A DNA stretch of 64,000 nucleotides from Microthyrium microscopicum (GCA_010405405.1 MU004244.1:251895-315894), one strand, 5' to 3'; counted from the first letter of the stretch, positions 12,065 through 26,900 are shown. Numbers and translations: made by a program. Notes: generated by a model not told the origin, from the letters alone.

Positions 12065-13528
12065 CTATGTACCAGTTCCTCGAAAGCGGTTCGCTAACCA
12101 ATTTGAGTTGGAACCATGCTCCTCATACTCCTTTTTGGTCACCAAGTGCTTGGTCAACAGTGCCTCGTCCGATGCCATATAAGCCCCGCCTAACCAGGTT
12201 GACTTTACAGGCCTGTGGCCGTTAGCAAACTTGACTGACCGACAGTTGAGCCGACTTACTCTTCAGGTCCACTTATCGTGATCTTCATATCTGATGGCAC
12301 TAGCTGGCGCAACTCGACACGTCTTGAATGCTGTCAGCTAAATCGCGGCGCAGTCATTTGTCACCTACAGTCGCTCAAGAAATCCCGGTAACAGTGCGTT
12401 GCCACCAACAAGAAGCACATTTGCCAGCATCAGATGTTGAAGGCTTTCTGGGAGTTGGCTTACACTCTGCATGACCAGTTCCGCGAGACCTCCTTCTACC
12501 ATGCCAATATCTCCAGGGTTGAACAAAATCTCCGGGACCTGAAATCTCTCGTTTCCAAGAGTGGCTACGTCCGACTTTGTCCTCAGACTCGCAGCCTTTG
12601 GCTCAAATGGCTTGACAACGACATTGGAGAACTCTTGATAGTCTGGCAGTTGAACATCGACACAGATGGTCGGATCCATGTTATGGCCTCTCCAAGTTCT
12701 CTCCATGTCTCTTTTAAAGTCATCTGTAATAAAGCAACAAGCTTCCTTGACTTCATTGGCAATCCACGGATCCTCCTTCAGGCTGACTTCATGGATGGCC
12801 AGAAGCTCAGAGAGGTAATTCGTCAAATGCTTTCCACCAATATCAAGACGCCGTATTCCGCTCTGAACAGGTTGGCCATTGACGAGTGGTGTTACTGTGG
12901 TGTGAGAATATCCTGAATCGATCACCAACATGTAGTCAGCTAGGCCTTTGGGTCCGTACGCATTGAGTGAGCTTCCTGAATTACATTAGCATTTTACTCT
13001 ACCACGTTTTCGCGGAGGAAGTGGTTGAGCAGACCAATACATCGATAATATGAGGCGAATTCACATTCTTCAAAGACAATCTGATCACAATTCGACTGTA
13101 GAACTGGAAACACATTTGGCGCCTCTGCGAGAATAAGATTGGTCTCATGGGGATCGCACTGAACCAACACCTCAGCACGCGCTATACTAGAGGTCTGAGA
13201 TTTCACGCACCTTTATCAATGCATTGTTTTCGGAGAGAAAGCTTTCATGCCATATTGCGCGTTCCTGCTCCCAGTTTACAATCATGCCGCGCTCCACTGG
13301 CCGGCGCATGACTAGATGGAAAAAATCTTTGCATTTTTCGATCTGAGCCCCTACGTAGACCTTTCTGTCTTGATCTCGGGCTATGAAATTCGGGATGATA
13401 TGACAATCGTTGGAACTTGGTTTGGGAGTGGCTAGGCCGGCTTTGATAGTGAAGCCACCATTGTCAACGATCAAAGTGTTAGGTTTGATGGCGGCAGTTC
13501 TTGCGGCCTTGGTGGCGCGCGCTGCCAT
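12065..13528 (-). CDS. ARP6: Actin-related protein 6 (SWR1 complex), multi-exon
   Basis: TLIVDNGGFTIKAG, RRPVERGMIVNWEQERAIW, NCDQIVFEECEFASY, LVIDSGYSHTTVTP, RRLDIGGKHLTNYL, LGNERFQVPEILFNPGDIG, VKSTWLGG, TKKEYEEHG. Confidence 0.92.
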
Positions 13529-14224
13529 GATTCCAGGCTCTTTCACTTCAAATGAACGGGCTTGTTTCCGGAGAGAAGGATAAAGCTGATGAGATGATCA
13601 AGTTTGATGGAGAGGTCGAGCATCAATCAACAATTGAACTCAACGCCTGGCCTCTGTGGCCCCATCTCGGTTTCGAAGCCCCACTCCTTACCTTTGGAAA
13701 AATTGTCTGTCTGAGTGTCGATATCGTCGTCTTGCCATTCTCATATATGATATCCCCGAATTATACCTACTCCTTACTGAGATCAGAACCATAAAGGTCC
13801 TTAAAAAGGTCACAAGTAGTTGCTTTTGAGCTTTCTTGTTCGATGTGCACTACTTTATCACAACCTTGAAGGTTCAAGAGCGAATACGACAAACGGCATG
13901 TTAACTAGGTACCTAGGCAAGTAACATACTCAAAAACAGGCCGTTCTTGATTTCTAGCAATTGAATGGGAGCGATACATATATTATTTTGCACCTATTGG
14001 CCTGTGATATGCTGACGGGAAATTGTATCCGAACGCAGCTCAAATTCATGATCCCAAGGAAAACGTTGCCAGTAGTCTCCGCAAAATATTACTTGATGGA
14101 CCTCACATCTCGTTCTTCATTGCTCATTCTATTCTCAAATTAAGATATCAATTGAAATCATAAGCTTGAGTGAGACCTACACACTTTACTTACAGGCTAG
14201 ACTATTCATCGCAACTCGTTCAAC

Positions 14225-15187
14225 ATGTCTACCAACCTCTTGAGCGGCGTCGCTTTCATTACAGGTGCTGGTTCAGGTATTGGGCAAGCCGCTGCGATAG
14301 CTTTTGTCAACAATGGTGTCCGCAAGCTGGTCATGGCTGATGTTAGTCAAAAGGGAATGCAAGCAACCAAAGATCTACTGAAAGATACTAAAGACCTCGA
14401 GATTGAAGCCATCGAGATGGATGTATCAAATGAAGAATCTGTTGTCGCGGGCATGAAGCAAGCAGTCAAACGATTCGGAAGGATAGATTACGCTCTTAAC
14501 AACGCGGGCATTGGCGGTCCTCTCACAGGATCCGGTGATATGAGTCTGGCGCAATGGGAGAAGACTCTAGGTGTGAACACAAATGTGAGTACTATCTCTC
14601 TACGCATCTTCTATGATACCACGATACTGACAGGATTAGGGTGTCTTTCTCTGTCAGAAGGAAGAAGTCAACATAATGCTCAAACAAGAGTAAGTTTTTT
14701 TTAGTCCTGATGTTCCTGGGGGATCTCTTAAGAGAAGAGCGATCGACTGACGTTGTAAAGGGATGCTGGTCCAAGAAAGGGGCGCGGAGTCATCATCAAT
14801 ACCGCTTCCATGCTGGGACTTGTAGCCATGCCGAATTCATTACCGGCGACATGTTACGTTACCTCTAAGCATGCCGTTATAGGGATGACGAAAAGCGACG
14901 GAATTGTCTACGCTCCCAAGGGCATTCGAATCAATGCGATCTGTCCAGGCCATGTAGAGACACCTATGCAATCTGTGACTCCTGATGGCGCCATGGCAAC
15001 AGAAATTGCGAGGATCCCAAGAGGACGATGTGCGAAGCCTGAAGAAATCGCAGATGCCATGGTATTTCTTGCAAGTCCTCTTAGCAGTTACATGAATGGT
15101 ACTGCGATTGTAGTTGATGGGTAAGATACTCGAATGATCACATTGACAAATCGACTGACCATCTCTAGTGGCTATACTGCATATTGA
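14225..15187 (+). CDS. Classical short-chain dehydrogenase/reductase, 4 exons
   Basis: TGAGSGIG, NNAGI, IINTAS, YVTSK (YxxxK), IRINAICPG, VDGGYTAY*; canonical introns. Confidence 0.93.
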
Positions 15188-15495
15188 GCGACAATGAAGC
15201 ACCGGTTTTGTGGTGTTTGAGATCATGGTCTTAGTTTACAGGAGGACATAAATCCGTCTGTTTTGAGCTCGATTCGAAGTAGATTTTGAAGAAGATCAAA
15301 ATGCGTGATAGAATAAAAGCGATTCAAAAAGCGCTAGCCTCAAATAGAGATGGATAGAAGATGTTGCATCATACCTTAGTAGAGTACCCCGCGTAGTAGC
15401 TGCAGTTAGCATTTCCACTTCATTGTCTCGTCATAGAGATACGAAACCGTCGAACTTTGTCTTGAATTCAACCTTTCATATCGTCCTTAGCGAAC

Positions 15496-16367
15496 ATGTC
15501 ACAGTCTAAAAGCGTGGATAAGGTTGTCTTGGCCTTTGACGTATATGGCACCTTGCTTTCGACTGCATCTATAGCCGAAAAGTTATCTGCAATATATGGC
15601 AAGGAGTCTGGGCCTAAGATAGCTGCTCAATGGAGAAGATATCAATTAGAGTATACTTGGCGTCTAAACAGCATGAGTGAGTATCATGTCTAACCTATCC
15701 TCGTGCCAAGAATTGGTAATGAGAGATGGTTGCAAGACCAAATAAGAGTTGAGTGGCTAACTGTTTTTATCTAGAGACTTATTTGCCGTTCACGGAGGTC
15801 ACAAGTCGTGCTCTTCATCATGCTGTAAGAGAATCGGGCGGACAAGTGTCGACGTCACAGACCAGTGATCTAATGGAGGAGTACGACAAGCTGGATTCGT
15901 TTCCCGATGTCAAGAAAGCATTGGATGTCGTGGTTGAATTGACCAAGAAGCAAACTCGGCTGGTACCGGTACTGTTCTCCAACGGTACTAAAGCAATGGT
16001 GGAAGCATCAGTGAAGATAGCACCTGGGTTCAATGATAAACATCGAAGTATGTTTGAGAAAACAATATTGATTGACGAAATGCCTGCTGGTGAGAAGGTA
16101 TACAAGCCTTCACCAAAGACTTACGAGCACCTGTCAAATGAAGTTGGAGCGCCGATGGAACAAATATGGCTCATCTCATCGAATCCATTTGACATAGTTG
16201 GGGCTCATGCTCTCGGTATGAAGACTGCTTGGGTTGATAGAGTAGGATCCGGATGGGTGGATGCTCTGTCTGTTGGCGATTCGCCTATCGAGCCTCACGT
16301 CTCAGACAACAACCTCGAGAACATCATTGATACAATCCTGATGAAAGAGAACATCCACGCAGATTAG
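15496..16367 (+). CDS. Haloacid dehalogenase type II (HAD superfamily); intron 15677-15774
   Basis: LAFDVYGTL, WRRYQLEYTWRLNSM, FSNG, YKPSPKTY, WLISSNPFDIVGA. Confidence 0.9.
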
Positions 16368-16566
16368 GCTGGTAGTCACTCGATATCGAATTTGGCTGGT
16401 GCTCAACAGTATCGGATGAATTACTCTGTAAGCTATTTCTCCTGCTATACTCAATATATTTATATCGACTTTCGAATCCTTTTCTGTTCATTTGTCATAC
16501 AGATACATCTTTACTAAGGGAGAGCACTGGGTTGCCAAGATGCGTCACCTCTGATGACTATTGCAA

Positions 16567-18514
16567 TCAAGTCCACCATCCCAATTGGCCCCTATACTGA
16601 AAACTGCGAGCCGATCCTTGCTTTTGCAAAGCCGGCTCTATGATTGTATCGAAGGCATCAGAAGTATACTGTTTTGCTTCGAGAGGTCCCTCACTTTCTT
16701 TGATATAGCCCCTTTCACACTTGGAAAAGCTAACCTTTGGCTGGCTGTGGTAAAATGTGTCGAAGCGAGGCTTTAGGCTGTCAATGAGGCTTTCGACCTC
16801 AGAATCAGGATGTAACACCTTCCATGGCTGAGTGCAAGTTTTTCCCTTACAAGACTTCAGAACCAACACCAAAGCGTCCAGACGAGGCAAGATATGCTTC
16901 AACGGCCGACCGGCAATGGTGAACTTAGATGCACTAGACACATGTTCGTCTGACAAGAGGTTGCGGAGTTGATGGGGATCATTCTATAAACACTTGTTGG
17001 TATGGTCTTCAAAGAGACCAAGAAACTTACCTTGACGTCGTAGAGCTCTGTCTCATTCGTGCACCATACAGAGTAGTACAAGCTATACTCCTCTGACACG
17101 ATTCTTAGTCCTTTGTAGGTGTTATTGCCAGCTGCATGTGCTTCGAATCCGAGCCCATCTTCCATATTCTCGTCACCATAGTTGCCCCATTTGCCTTCTG
17201 GAATACCTAAGCCCCAGAACTCAATGGTGACATGATCATGGCGGCCGTTGCGCTCTTCCTTCGCATTGAGAGGTATTGGAATACCATCGAAATCATCTCT
17301 TGTGACACCTGCAAGTGACAAGATAGTGGAAGCCAAGTCAGTATGGGCTGTTACCGCAGTTGAGATTCGACCGGCCGGTATTCCTGGTCCACGGACAATG
17401 AGTGGAATGTTGATATCAGTGTCGAATCCGCACTCTTTGCCCGGGTGGAATCGATATTGACTGATGTGGTATCCGTTGTCAGTGGTGTAGAAGATGTAGG
17501 TGTTGTCTAATTCTCCTGCATTTTCGATTTTTTGGATCAGTTGTTCGAGGCTTTCATCTACCGCTTGAAGAGCCCGGAGTCGAGATCTCTGAAATTCATC
17601 ACTATAGTCGATAACGGTTTGGTTCAGTCGAGGGAGGTTTTTGATCCAACTCACGCCTCCTTGTTTCTCCGGGTTGAAGTTTTCAGTCCGCGGAATCTTA
17701 TAATCCTTGAAGAGATGTGCATGTCTATCAGCGTAACGTGGCGCGTCGGATTCCTGAACCCCTTTGAGCTGAAAGTTTGAGTGAGGAGCAACAGGGGCAT
17801 GGACAACGAACCATGGACGGTCTTTATGAGTCAAAGCCTCGTCCAGAAACGTAGCAGCTTTTGCAGCTGTGATATCAGGAGAATATTGTCCTATGTAACT
17901 TGCTGGAGGTGCCCCATTTCGCGTCATATAAGCGTTGAGATAGTCGTAAGTATAAGGATCCAACAGAAAGTCGGAGCCATTGAAACCAGAAGCATAGGGA
18001 GCATTGTAGTTGTCAACGCTATGAGCGTTCCATAGCTTTCCAGAATAGTATGTATTGTACCCAGCATCCTGTAGCCATGTCGGGAGGTAGTTGTCATTGA
18101 TACCCTGAGAGACAACCTTTGGATAACCCCCTAAAACAAGTTAGAAGGATCACTCGTGCAAATAAAAACTGGGTCGAATACCATATGGCGGCCAGACGTC
18201 AGTTACGTTGGTGTTATGTGCCGCTCTCCCTGTCCACAAATTTACTCTAGAAGGACAACATATTGCAACTGTACAGAAATGTTTCAGGAATAAAGTGCCT
18301 TCTTTGACTAGATATTTTTGGAGCAGTGGCATGTAATCTAGCGAATGCATGTGCCTGTTTCTATTAGTGACATTCCTGAAAATCTAGTTGGTCTAGTATT
18401 GACTTACAAGTCCTGGTCGTCTGTCAAAACAAATAAGATATTAGGCTGTTTTGCGAGCGCCTGCTGGGTAAGCCCACTCAGGCTCACCGCGGCAGTAAGA
18501 GCTTTCAAGAACAT
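16567..18514 (-). CDS. Secreted arylsulfatase, 4 exons
   Basis: Signal peptide MFLKALTAAVSLSGLTQQALA; QPNILFVLTDDQD; formylglycine motif CCPSR..LWTG; YYSGKLW; YTTDNGYH; PLIVRGPGIP; RLDALVLVLKSCKG. Confidence 0.94.
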
Positions 18515-18908
18515 GATTCGGACCTCTGCTCGATATCGAGCATTGCAAAGCAGAATTGGAATACCCAGCCACTATAAATGGAAACATTTGAAAAATGAGA
18601 GTTCCGGACCTCAATGGATCACGCAAACCACGATGCTGATGACGAGGCTACGTTGCCAGGATAGCTGCATATCCTAGCCTTTTCAATCTTCGGCAAATGC
18701 AAGAATTGTGGGGAGATATTCCAAGTGTGGCCTTAGATGAACGTCAAATTATTTGTTTTTCTATTCTTAGATTCTACTGTCTAGACGCGTCGTGGACGAT
18801 CAGGAGCCGCCCTCTTTTCCAGGATTGAAAGTCAAGCAAGTATAAATTATGGGACGGTAGATTTCGTCTTGAATATGGGTAGGTATATGTATGTGTCTAT
18901 AGTCTAGT

Positions 18909-20920
18909 CTAGCGGAATAAACGTTTTTCTTTCATTAACAATCCAAGAACAAGGCACAAAACTGAGCAGCCAAGTGAGAACATCCATGAATGGCGGAAGG
19001 CAAAGATATAAGCCGAGAGGACCAACTCGTGGACCTTTCCACTAAGTTCTTGAACATACTGAACATTGGAAGCCGATTTGTCTGCAATCTGGTCGTCAAG
19101 GTTAGCAGATTTGCAGAAATTCTCGATGTTGATACCGTGAGCTCACCTCTTCGCCATTTGGCCAACTTGACAACAGACTGGCTAACTGTGCCCGCAAAGA
19201 ATTGCCAAAGATAGCACTGGCACCCGTAACTCCAGACACCATGCCAATATTTGTGGATAAATACAGACCCGCGCTGGCGATGGCAATAACTGATTCGTCA
19301 ACAGATGCGGCCAGCTCTACAAAGACGGCAGATTGAGCAATGCCTGTGCCAAAGCCTCCAAAGAACACGAAAAACGCTTGCCAGACTGGCGTATGACCAC
19401 GCCAAGTGAGTAGCAGAAGTGTGAAACAGAGCAAGGATGAGAGCGAGGAGATGATGACTGGTAATTTGTATCGCCCAGTTCTAGAAGTATTAGCGGACGG
19501 TCATATTGCAAACAACGATCTACATACCGCTTGACATAAAATCCAGTAACAAGGCCACCGACTGTATTTCCCATCACTGTAGGAACCATGTAAGCTCCTC
19601 CTGCAACTAGGCTGGCATTGCTGGTCACTTCGAAATAGAGTGGAATATACATTATTAGCTGTGAAACGTCAATAGCAATTCGTATATGGAGAAGTGGCAC
19701 TTACACTTATTTGCGATACAACTTGAACTGTTAGTAGCAAATAAGCTAGCACTACGTGTTTATTGGAAAGAACGGCCAGAGGAAAGATCGGTTCCTCCGT
19801 CCAGTATTTCTCAGTGACATAAAACAAGATTCCGCTGGTGAACGCGATGACAGATATACCAGCAATCAAAGGAGAAGTCCAAGGAACTTTGACGCCGCCC
19901 AAGTCAAAGACTAGCATGGCTGCCAGAATAGTAGTGCTCATGAACAGCGCTCCTAAAAAGTCGATACGTTTCAGCTTTTCTTTCATGGTTTGTGACTCTG
20001 TGTTTTCAACATTGGCGTCTGGTTTGGGTTTCAACTCGAGTTTCCATGCGACCAGAACCATAGCTATGACAGTTAGTGGTCCTTGAAGGATGAAAGCCCA
20101 CCGCCATCCGATGGTTTGAGCCAAAGCACCACCGATTGGGCCACCGCATGACCGGCCTAAAGTCTGGACGATGTTGACGTAGCTTCTGTAGGATGCGACC
20201 TCTCGTAAAGGGACGAGATCTGTTCTCGTCAGAATTGGTAGATACTTCGAGCTATACAGCTTCACTTACCCGTGATAAGAACAGACACCAAAACAACCAT
20301 ACCAGCACCTCCAGATCCTTGAATGACTCTGCCAATAATGACTTGTGCCATCGACTGCCCAAGGCCACTACACTCAGGTATTAGATTATTCTAGTATGGG
20401 AAGGGCATAATTGAATAACCTTATTACTCCGCCGACGGCGAATAGCAGATATGCGACTTGAAGCACAGCTTTGCGGCCAAATATGTCGCTAAGTTTCCCA
20501 TACAGTGGCTGAGTTACGCATTGTGCTAGACCAAAGCTCGTGATCAGCCATCCAGATGTCTCCAAGTCGTTGAACTCTGATGAGATGCTGCCAATCGTGG
20601 CCAGCAGTAGAGTTCCGTCTGCCTGAGAAATGAATATGCCTGTGCCAATTAGTCACCGATCTCTAATCATTCTGTGGCAAATACCCACCAACGAGTAGAA
20701 CGGATAGAACAGCGAAGATTGCGCGTACACTTTGCTGCGGTGGCTCAACTGGTTGTTCTGGATCAATTGAAGTTATTGCAAGATAGCCATTCTGCAAGGC
20801 GGCCACCGAAGCCTCAGAGAGCCTTCTATCTTGAGATTTGCCATTTCCAAGTAGTGGAGTATTTTCCTGGCTCGAGGTAGTATCGGCTAGATTTAATGAT
20901 GAACTCTTTGGGCCCGACAT
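18909..20920 (-). CDS. MFS transporter, 14-TM DHA2/VBA-like, multi-exon
   Basis: PLYGKLSDIFGRK, GRVIQGSGGAGM, DLVPLREVASYRSYVN, GGPIGGALAQTIGWRWAF, KRIDFLGA, EPIFPL; ends ...LMKEKRLFR*. Confidence 0.9.
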
Positions 20921-21814
20921 GATCGAATAATGACACCCAATACCAGGTCCTAGAACACGCACCACAATTGGCTTAGATCATTAGCAGAGAAGTGCGGAAA
21001 GTATTCGCCTAGATTCGTTCAGACTGTTGTTGAATGACAATGTCCATCTTGCCTTGGTGGTGTGAGTGACATTTCGAGAAGAGAATTGATGCAGAAGCTT
21101 CAAATTACAAAAGTCCTACAATATCTCAACTGCCGGATCGCAGAGCTCCTTTTCGCATGAAACTAAGCAAAAAGGCAAGCCTCAATGGCCCCAGGATTTT
21201 GGATCTAGTTAACATCGGGTAAAAATAAGAGGCGGATTCATGTGGTTCGAAAACCTTTAGAACTGACGTGATTGCGAGGTTATTGTGCAACATACATACT
21301 TAGGTACCTACGTAAGAGGTACGCATCTAGCGACTAATGGCACGTTGGACTGCTTGTCTTCTGGAATATTTCTTTTGGAATTGGATTGCGCCATTTGAGA
21401 ACCGTGGCTGCCAGTAAGTCCAATTGGTTCCGTGTATTCTACGTGTCGTAGACTGCTGCAGAGCATTGAAGAATCGGATACCTTCGCGGGAAGGCTTATC
21501 TGCACTGGACTCTCGCAAGAGCGTCGACGAGACGGCGCACTGAACGGATACGTCGAGCTTTCTCCTCTGAAAGCGACTAGATTCAAGCGAGGCAGCCGCT
21601 TCCTTCTGGGCTATGGGTCTGAGGAGCTGAAATTGAGTACGTATGAAAATCTGGATCAGGCCCTGTAGACATATTGGTCGACTGCATTTTGCTGCGCTGC
21701 GCTATGTAAGAACACTGATAGGGGTTAAGAGGAGACATCCAGAGACATTAAAGGATTTGACGCAACGGGATGTCAACGGTTTGATAGCTACTAGTACGAC
21801 GTCAGTAATATAAC

Positions 21815-21829
21815 ATAATTTCAACTAAA
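21815..21829 (+). repeat. Left target-site duplication of the LINE (ATAATTTCAACTAAA)
   Basis: Identical 15-mer at 28612-28626, directly after the element tail. Confidence 0.92.
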
Positions 21830-21999
21830 GAAAAAAAAAACAACAACTTCGTGACCAAAACTACTTTTTGCTCTAACTCCACCACCGCTACAAATTACCA
21901 CCTAATAAACACTACAAAATACTTCTCTAGCTCTAAAGAATCTCGCCCAACTCTTTTTAGCGATAAGCAAAGCGGCGCAGTAGCCTATTACGAGTATTA

Positions 22000-23940
22000 A
22001 GGATCTAAACCTACAAACACATAGATCCAACATCATCACAGAGATTAATAATATTACCAAATTCGCCTACAACACCACAGAAAATAAAGAAAAATCATAT
22101 CCCTAACATAAACTAGAACCACTATTCCGCTCTATTAATAATTATTTTAAAAAATAGGAACAGGAACCTACTATAAGCAATATTCTAAAGGCCATTAACT
22201 AGATTAGAGAAAACACTAACGCATTAAAAACCGATATAAAGGCCATTAAATATAATATCAACGCGCCTAAACCTAACACCCAAAGCCCTAATACTAAACC
22301 ATAAGGAGTATACACCTAGGCCAACGTAGTAGCCTTAGCTCTACCGCCTCCTTTAATCCAATCCAAACTAACGTCAACCTCCTTATTTAGCAACGCGCCT
22401 AAACATCGCACCCTAACAGTACGTATTAATAATAAGGAATAGTCCTCCGTACTCTACGCCGCTAAGAACCGCAAACAAGACATCGTCAAAAAAGCCAACG
22501 AGATAATCCAGAACTCCTCCTTCCCTCTCCTCTACCAAGCCAAAATCACCGCCGCCTACTTCCTCCTAAGCGAAGACGTCTAGCTATTTACTAAGACAGC
22601 CGCACAAGCAGAGATCCTCCAAATTCATAAAGAAAAATAGCAAAGGGCTATAGGCGCATACATAGACGTACAAGTCCCTACCTACAGTGTCCTCATACAT
22701 AGCGTAAATATAGAAAGCCTCAAAGGGGACAAGTCGAAAATCATTAAGAAATAGACCCATTAAAACTAAGAACTCTTTCACGAACACCTAATTAACAACT
22801 TCTTCCTACTTAAGAAGCCAAACGCAACCTAAAAAGACATATCAATAGTACTTAACTTCAAAACCCTATTTACTACTAATAACGTCCTCTACGCTAAGGC
22901 CCTTAATTAGAACGAAGGAATCAAAAGAGTCCAAAAATATACTAGGAACTATAAAATCAAAAGGTATTTCAAATGTTACAAATACGAACATATAGGAACC
23001 TAATATCCTAAAAGTAATTACTATAGCTATTATGCCTCACGTACCTATCTAACCTTAGCCTATTAATTAGTGAACGATACGCCAAAATGCTACCTCTATA
23101 ATAAGCTATACAAAGCGTAGTTAACAGCATATAAAGATTATAAGAAGGAAGAGGAGAGAATAGCAAAAACAAAGGCTACACTAGCTAAGAACGCATACTA
23201 GCCAGAACCCACTAAGATAAGCCCATCGCCATCTAAACTGCCCATAAGAACTAATAAAGAGATATCGCCCAAGGAAACACTAAAGGAACTACCTAGAACC
23301 ACACCAACAAAAAAATTACTACTAACACCTACAGAAACACAACCACAACAGACATTATCACTACCAACAGCGATACTTAAGACAAATACAAACGCAAAGT
23401 TAAAGGTCGCCCTACCAAAGCCAAAAGCTCCACCACTAGCCAAGGCAAAACCCACAACCATGAAAGCCACTATATCAAAAGGCCCAGTCCTTACAAGTAC
23501 AAACGCAACGACCCTTAAGGCTAAGCCAATAGGCGCAAGGCCAACTACACCATACAGACCATCCCCTATCCCATTACCAGCAGGATTTATCCTAAACGAG
23601 GAGAAAAGCCCTTCCAAAAGGCAAAGGAATCCCAATAGCCCATTACCAATATCCTCCCCTACAAAGAAAAAGCAAGGAAGAGGCCTAGGACTAACGGGCT
23701 CTAAGCTATAGGAACCAAAGAGGGACAAGCCAACTAGCTTTAGTACTAACGAAGAAGAACAGAACGAAAGCGAGGCAGCAAGCACCCCAATAGAAGTTAA
23801 TAAATTATCCAACTACAAGAGCACCGTAGCGTCGACCAAAGCCCCATCTTTAATAGCACCATCAAACAAAAAGCTAATAACTCTAACAAGCATAAAGACC
23901 CAAAGCACTACCTTAAAATCAAATAATAATAAGTAACAAT
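22000..23940 (+). pseudogene. LINE ORF1 (gag-like) remnant; boundaries approximate
   Basis: 22965-23140 reads YFKCYKYEHIGT*Y..YSYYASRTYLTLAY..KCYLYNKLYKA*LTAY. Reverting transitions gives three CX2CX3-4HX4-6C knuckles, followed by a Pro/Thr/Lys-rich tail. Confidence 0.75.
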
Positions 23941-23974
23941 AATACCTTAAACAATACCATTACCGACACAAAAG

Positions 23975-26900
23975 ATAAACTCTACATCTTACAAATCAAC
24001 ATAAGAAAGAATATTAAGATTATAAAAGAAGTACTCATAGACGAAAAGACATAGAATTACGATGTCATAACAGTACAAGAACCATAGCGGAGTACATAAA
24101 GAGATATACTAACAACCACTAATCTAATAGCTAATCAATTTTATTTGTTCTACCCACCTTCCCTAATAACTCAAGTCTATCTTTTTATAAGCAACTCTAT
24201 CCCTCTTTTATACATCTAAACCATACACCTTAGCCTAAATCTCACCGCAGTTAAGATATAGCTATTTAACCGCTTAGTAACGATCTATAATATATATAAT
24301 CCCTATAAAGGCAGCACTAAGCCTTCCACTAGCGTTGATAACTCGCAACATAGTATCCTTCCCCATTTTACGTCTATACTTCGACGCAACTAGCAACAAT
24401 CTAATAGCGTAATAGTTATAAAAAATCTAAACATACACTACTGCCAATAGGGTAGACATAGAACGAAAACCTACCGCCCAAAATGTGTCAAAATCTTTTA
24501 AGAAATACTCTAAAAGAATAGTCTTCTGCTCAACTTTAAAGCAGATACCATTACAAAACCTACAAATACAAGGAACAGTATAACTAAAGGATCTATCATT
24601 GACCTTAATTATACAAGCCATGACTTATAGCAATATCTAATCCAAAGCAACATAGCAGACGTCTTAAACAGAAATTCTAACCACCTTCCGATTAAAACAA
24701 TCTTTAGTAGCCTACCGTAAGAGCAAAGCCTACAACGCAAAATCTTCCTATAAGACAAAATCGACCTCAACGAATTCCACAAACAACTAAGTCAAAGACT
24801 CCTAAAAGAAGAAGACACAAGACTTAAAACGACTAAGCAGATTAACAAGACTTTGGAAACCATCGTTAAAGCAATCAGCAACGCTATTAAAACTACTATA
24901 CCAATTAGCATTATTAAACCTAGATCACGCCCCAGATAGACCCTAAAATACACCGCAAAACTTAAAGCACAAAAACGTGCAAAACACAAATACCACAGAA
25001 CAAGCCTCAACGAAGACTTCGTCCAATTCCAACTTGCAAAACGAGAAATAAGTAAAGCCATACGCAAAGCATCCCAAGACTACCATCAAGCTAGGATAGG
25101 TAATATAGAGAGTATAGACAGTCTATAGAAACTAGCAAAATAGTTAAAGAATAAGGATACTATAAGGACAAGCTTTACCCCAAATATCAAGAACGCTAAA
25201 GATTAACCGCAACGCATAATAGAAGGCAAAGCCAAAGTATACAACGATACATTCTTTCCAAAGCCACCAAAGACAGATCTATCGGATATTTAAGGCTACC
25301 AGTACAGACAACCTCTAACAATACTAACAATTACTTAATACGAAGTAGCAGAAGCCATTAAAGAAATAAGCCCCAACAAGGCTATAGGCCCAGACAACAT
25401 TAAGCATAAAGCTATTAACATAGCCCTTAATAAGCTCCCTCAGATTCTTACACCTCTCTTTAACGCCTGTCTAGACCTAGGATATTGCCTAACGCATTTC
25501 AAGAGTTCAAATACCATCATACTTCATAAGCCAGGCAAGCCAAATTACACCATAGCCAAAGCTTATCAACCTATAGCACTACTCAACACTTTAAGCAAAG
25601 TCATAGACAAAGTCTTAACTAAAAGACTTATATACTTAATCAAGAAATACCAACTACTACCTTAGACACACTACAGGGAAAGACAAGCCTTATCCTACAA
25701 TTACGCCCTCTACCTTATTTTTAAAAAGATTCTTGCTAGTCACTAACAAAGAATAACCATTAGCATAGCACTACTCAATAAATTAGGCGCCTTCAACCTT
25801 ATAAATTACCTATAACTATTTCATAAATTGCAAGCCATTAATATACCAATAATAGTAATTAACTACCTTAGGAGTACCCTTTAAGGACGACACACCACAA
25901 TCGTACTCCTAGAAAATAACACTACTAACATCCTACAATCGTTAAGCATTCTCTAAGGCTTACCTATCTCACCGCTCCTATACATCATCTACAACTCCCC
26001 ACTAGTCTAAATTAGTCAACATCTCAACGACCGCCTTATCACCACGTTCATCAACGATATCAGCCACATAGCTAAAGATAAAAACACCATAGAAACAACA
26101 AGCATTCTCTTACAAATACATAAAGAAACTAAGCAATGGGCCGCTAGGTTCGCCTTAGTATTCAATCTAGAAAAATATCAACTTATCTACTTTCCATACC
26201 CAATAACCGACAAAAAAAACCCTATTACCAAAGATAAACGCAAAGCAAACGAAGAAAGACCACTCTACATCCCGCTTACAAACAAGATAATCCAAATAAT
26301 AAAGCTATCAATAACTATTAAATATCTTAGTATTATACTCAACAGCAAACTCACTAGAAACGCCCATCTCGCCTCTATAGTCAAGAAAGCTAAAAAACAC
26401 ATTAGTACCTTAGCTACAGTCAGCGCCTTAGCATAGGGTCTTTAACTACCACAACTAAGGACTCTATATAAAGGAGTCCTTATACCTTAAATACTATACG
26501 GACTAACAACATAGTACATACCAACGTATAGCCATAGCACAATCAGAAAGGCCAAAAAGATCAAAAAGACAATAATTACGATCCAAAAGAAAGCTCTCTA
26601 TCACATATCTAGAGCGTTCAAAACTACATTAATCGCTACGCTTAAAGTCCAACTCGTAATACCACCAATAGACATAACCATAAAACGACTCATAGAGAAC
26701 ACGCTTCTACGCATTTAAACATCACCAATATACCGCAAAATACTACTTCTACGAAACGACTACAAGAACAGCCCTCCTATTAAAGATCATCGCCTTCTTA
26801 GTCCGCTACAAAAGCTCAAAAAGCTCTTTTTGTAGGACCACCACCCATCTACTCTCTTACCAGACTTATAAGAGACAATCCTACGTTTAAAGGTTATTAA

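Noticed and set aside
21308..21668. GC-balanced ORFs just left of the LINE
   Set aside because: No domain similarity; more likely MFS promoter sequence or displaced THO1 3' flank.
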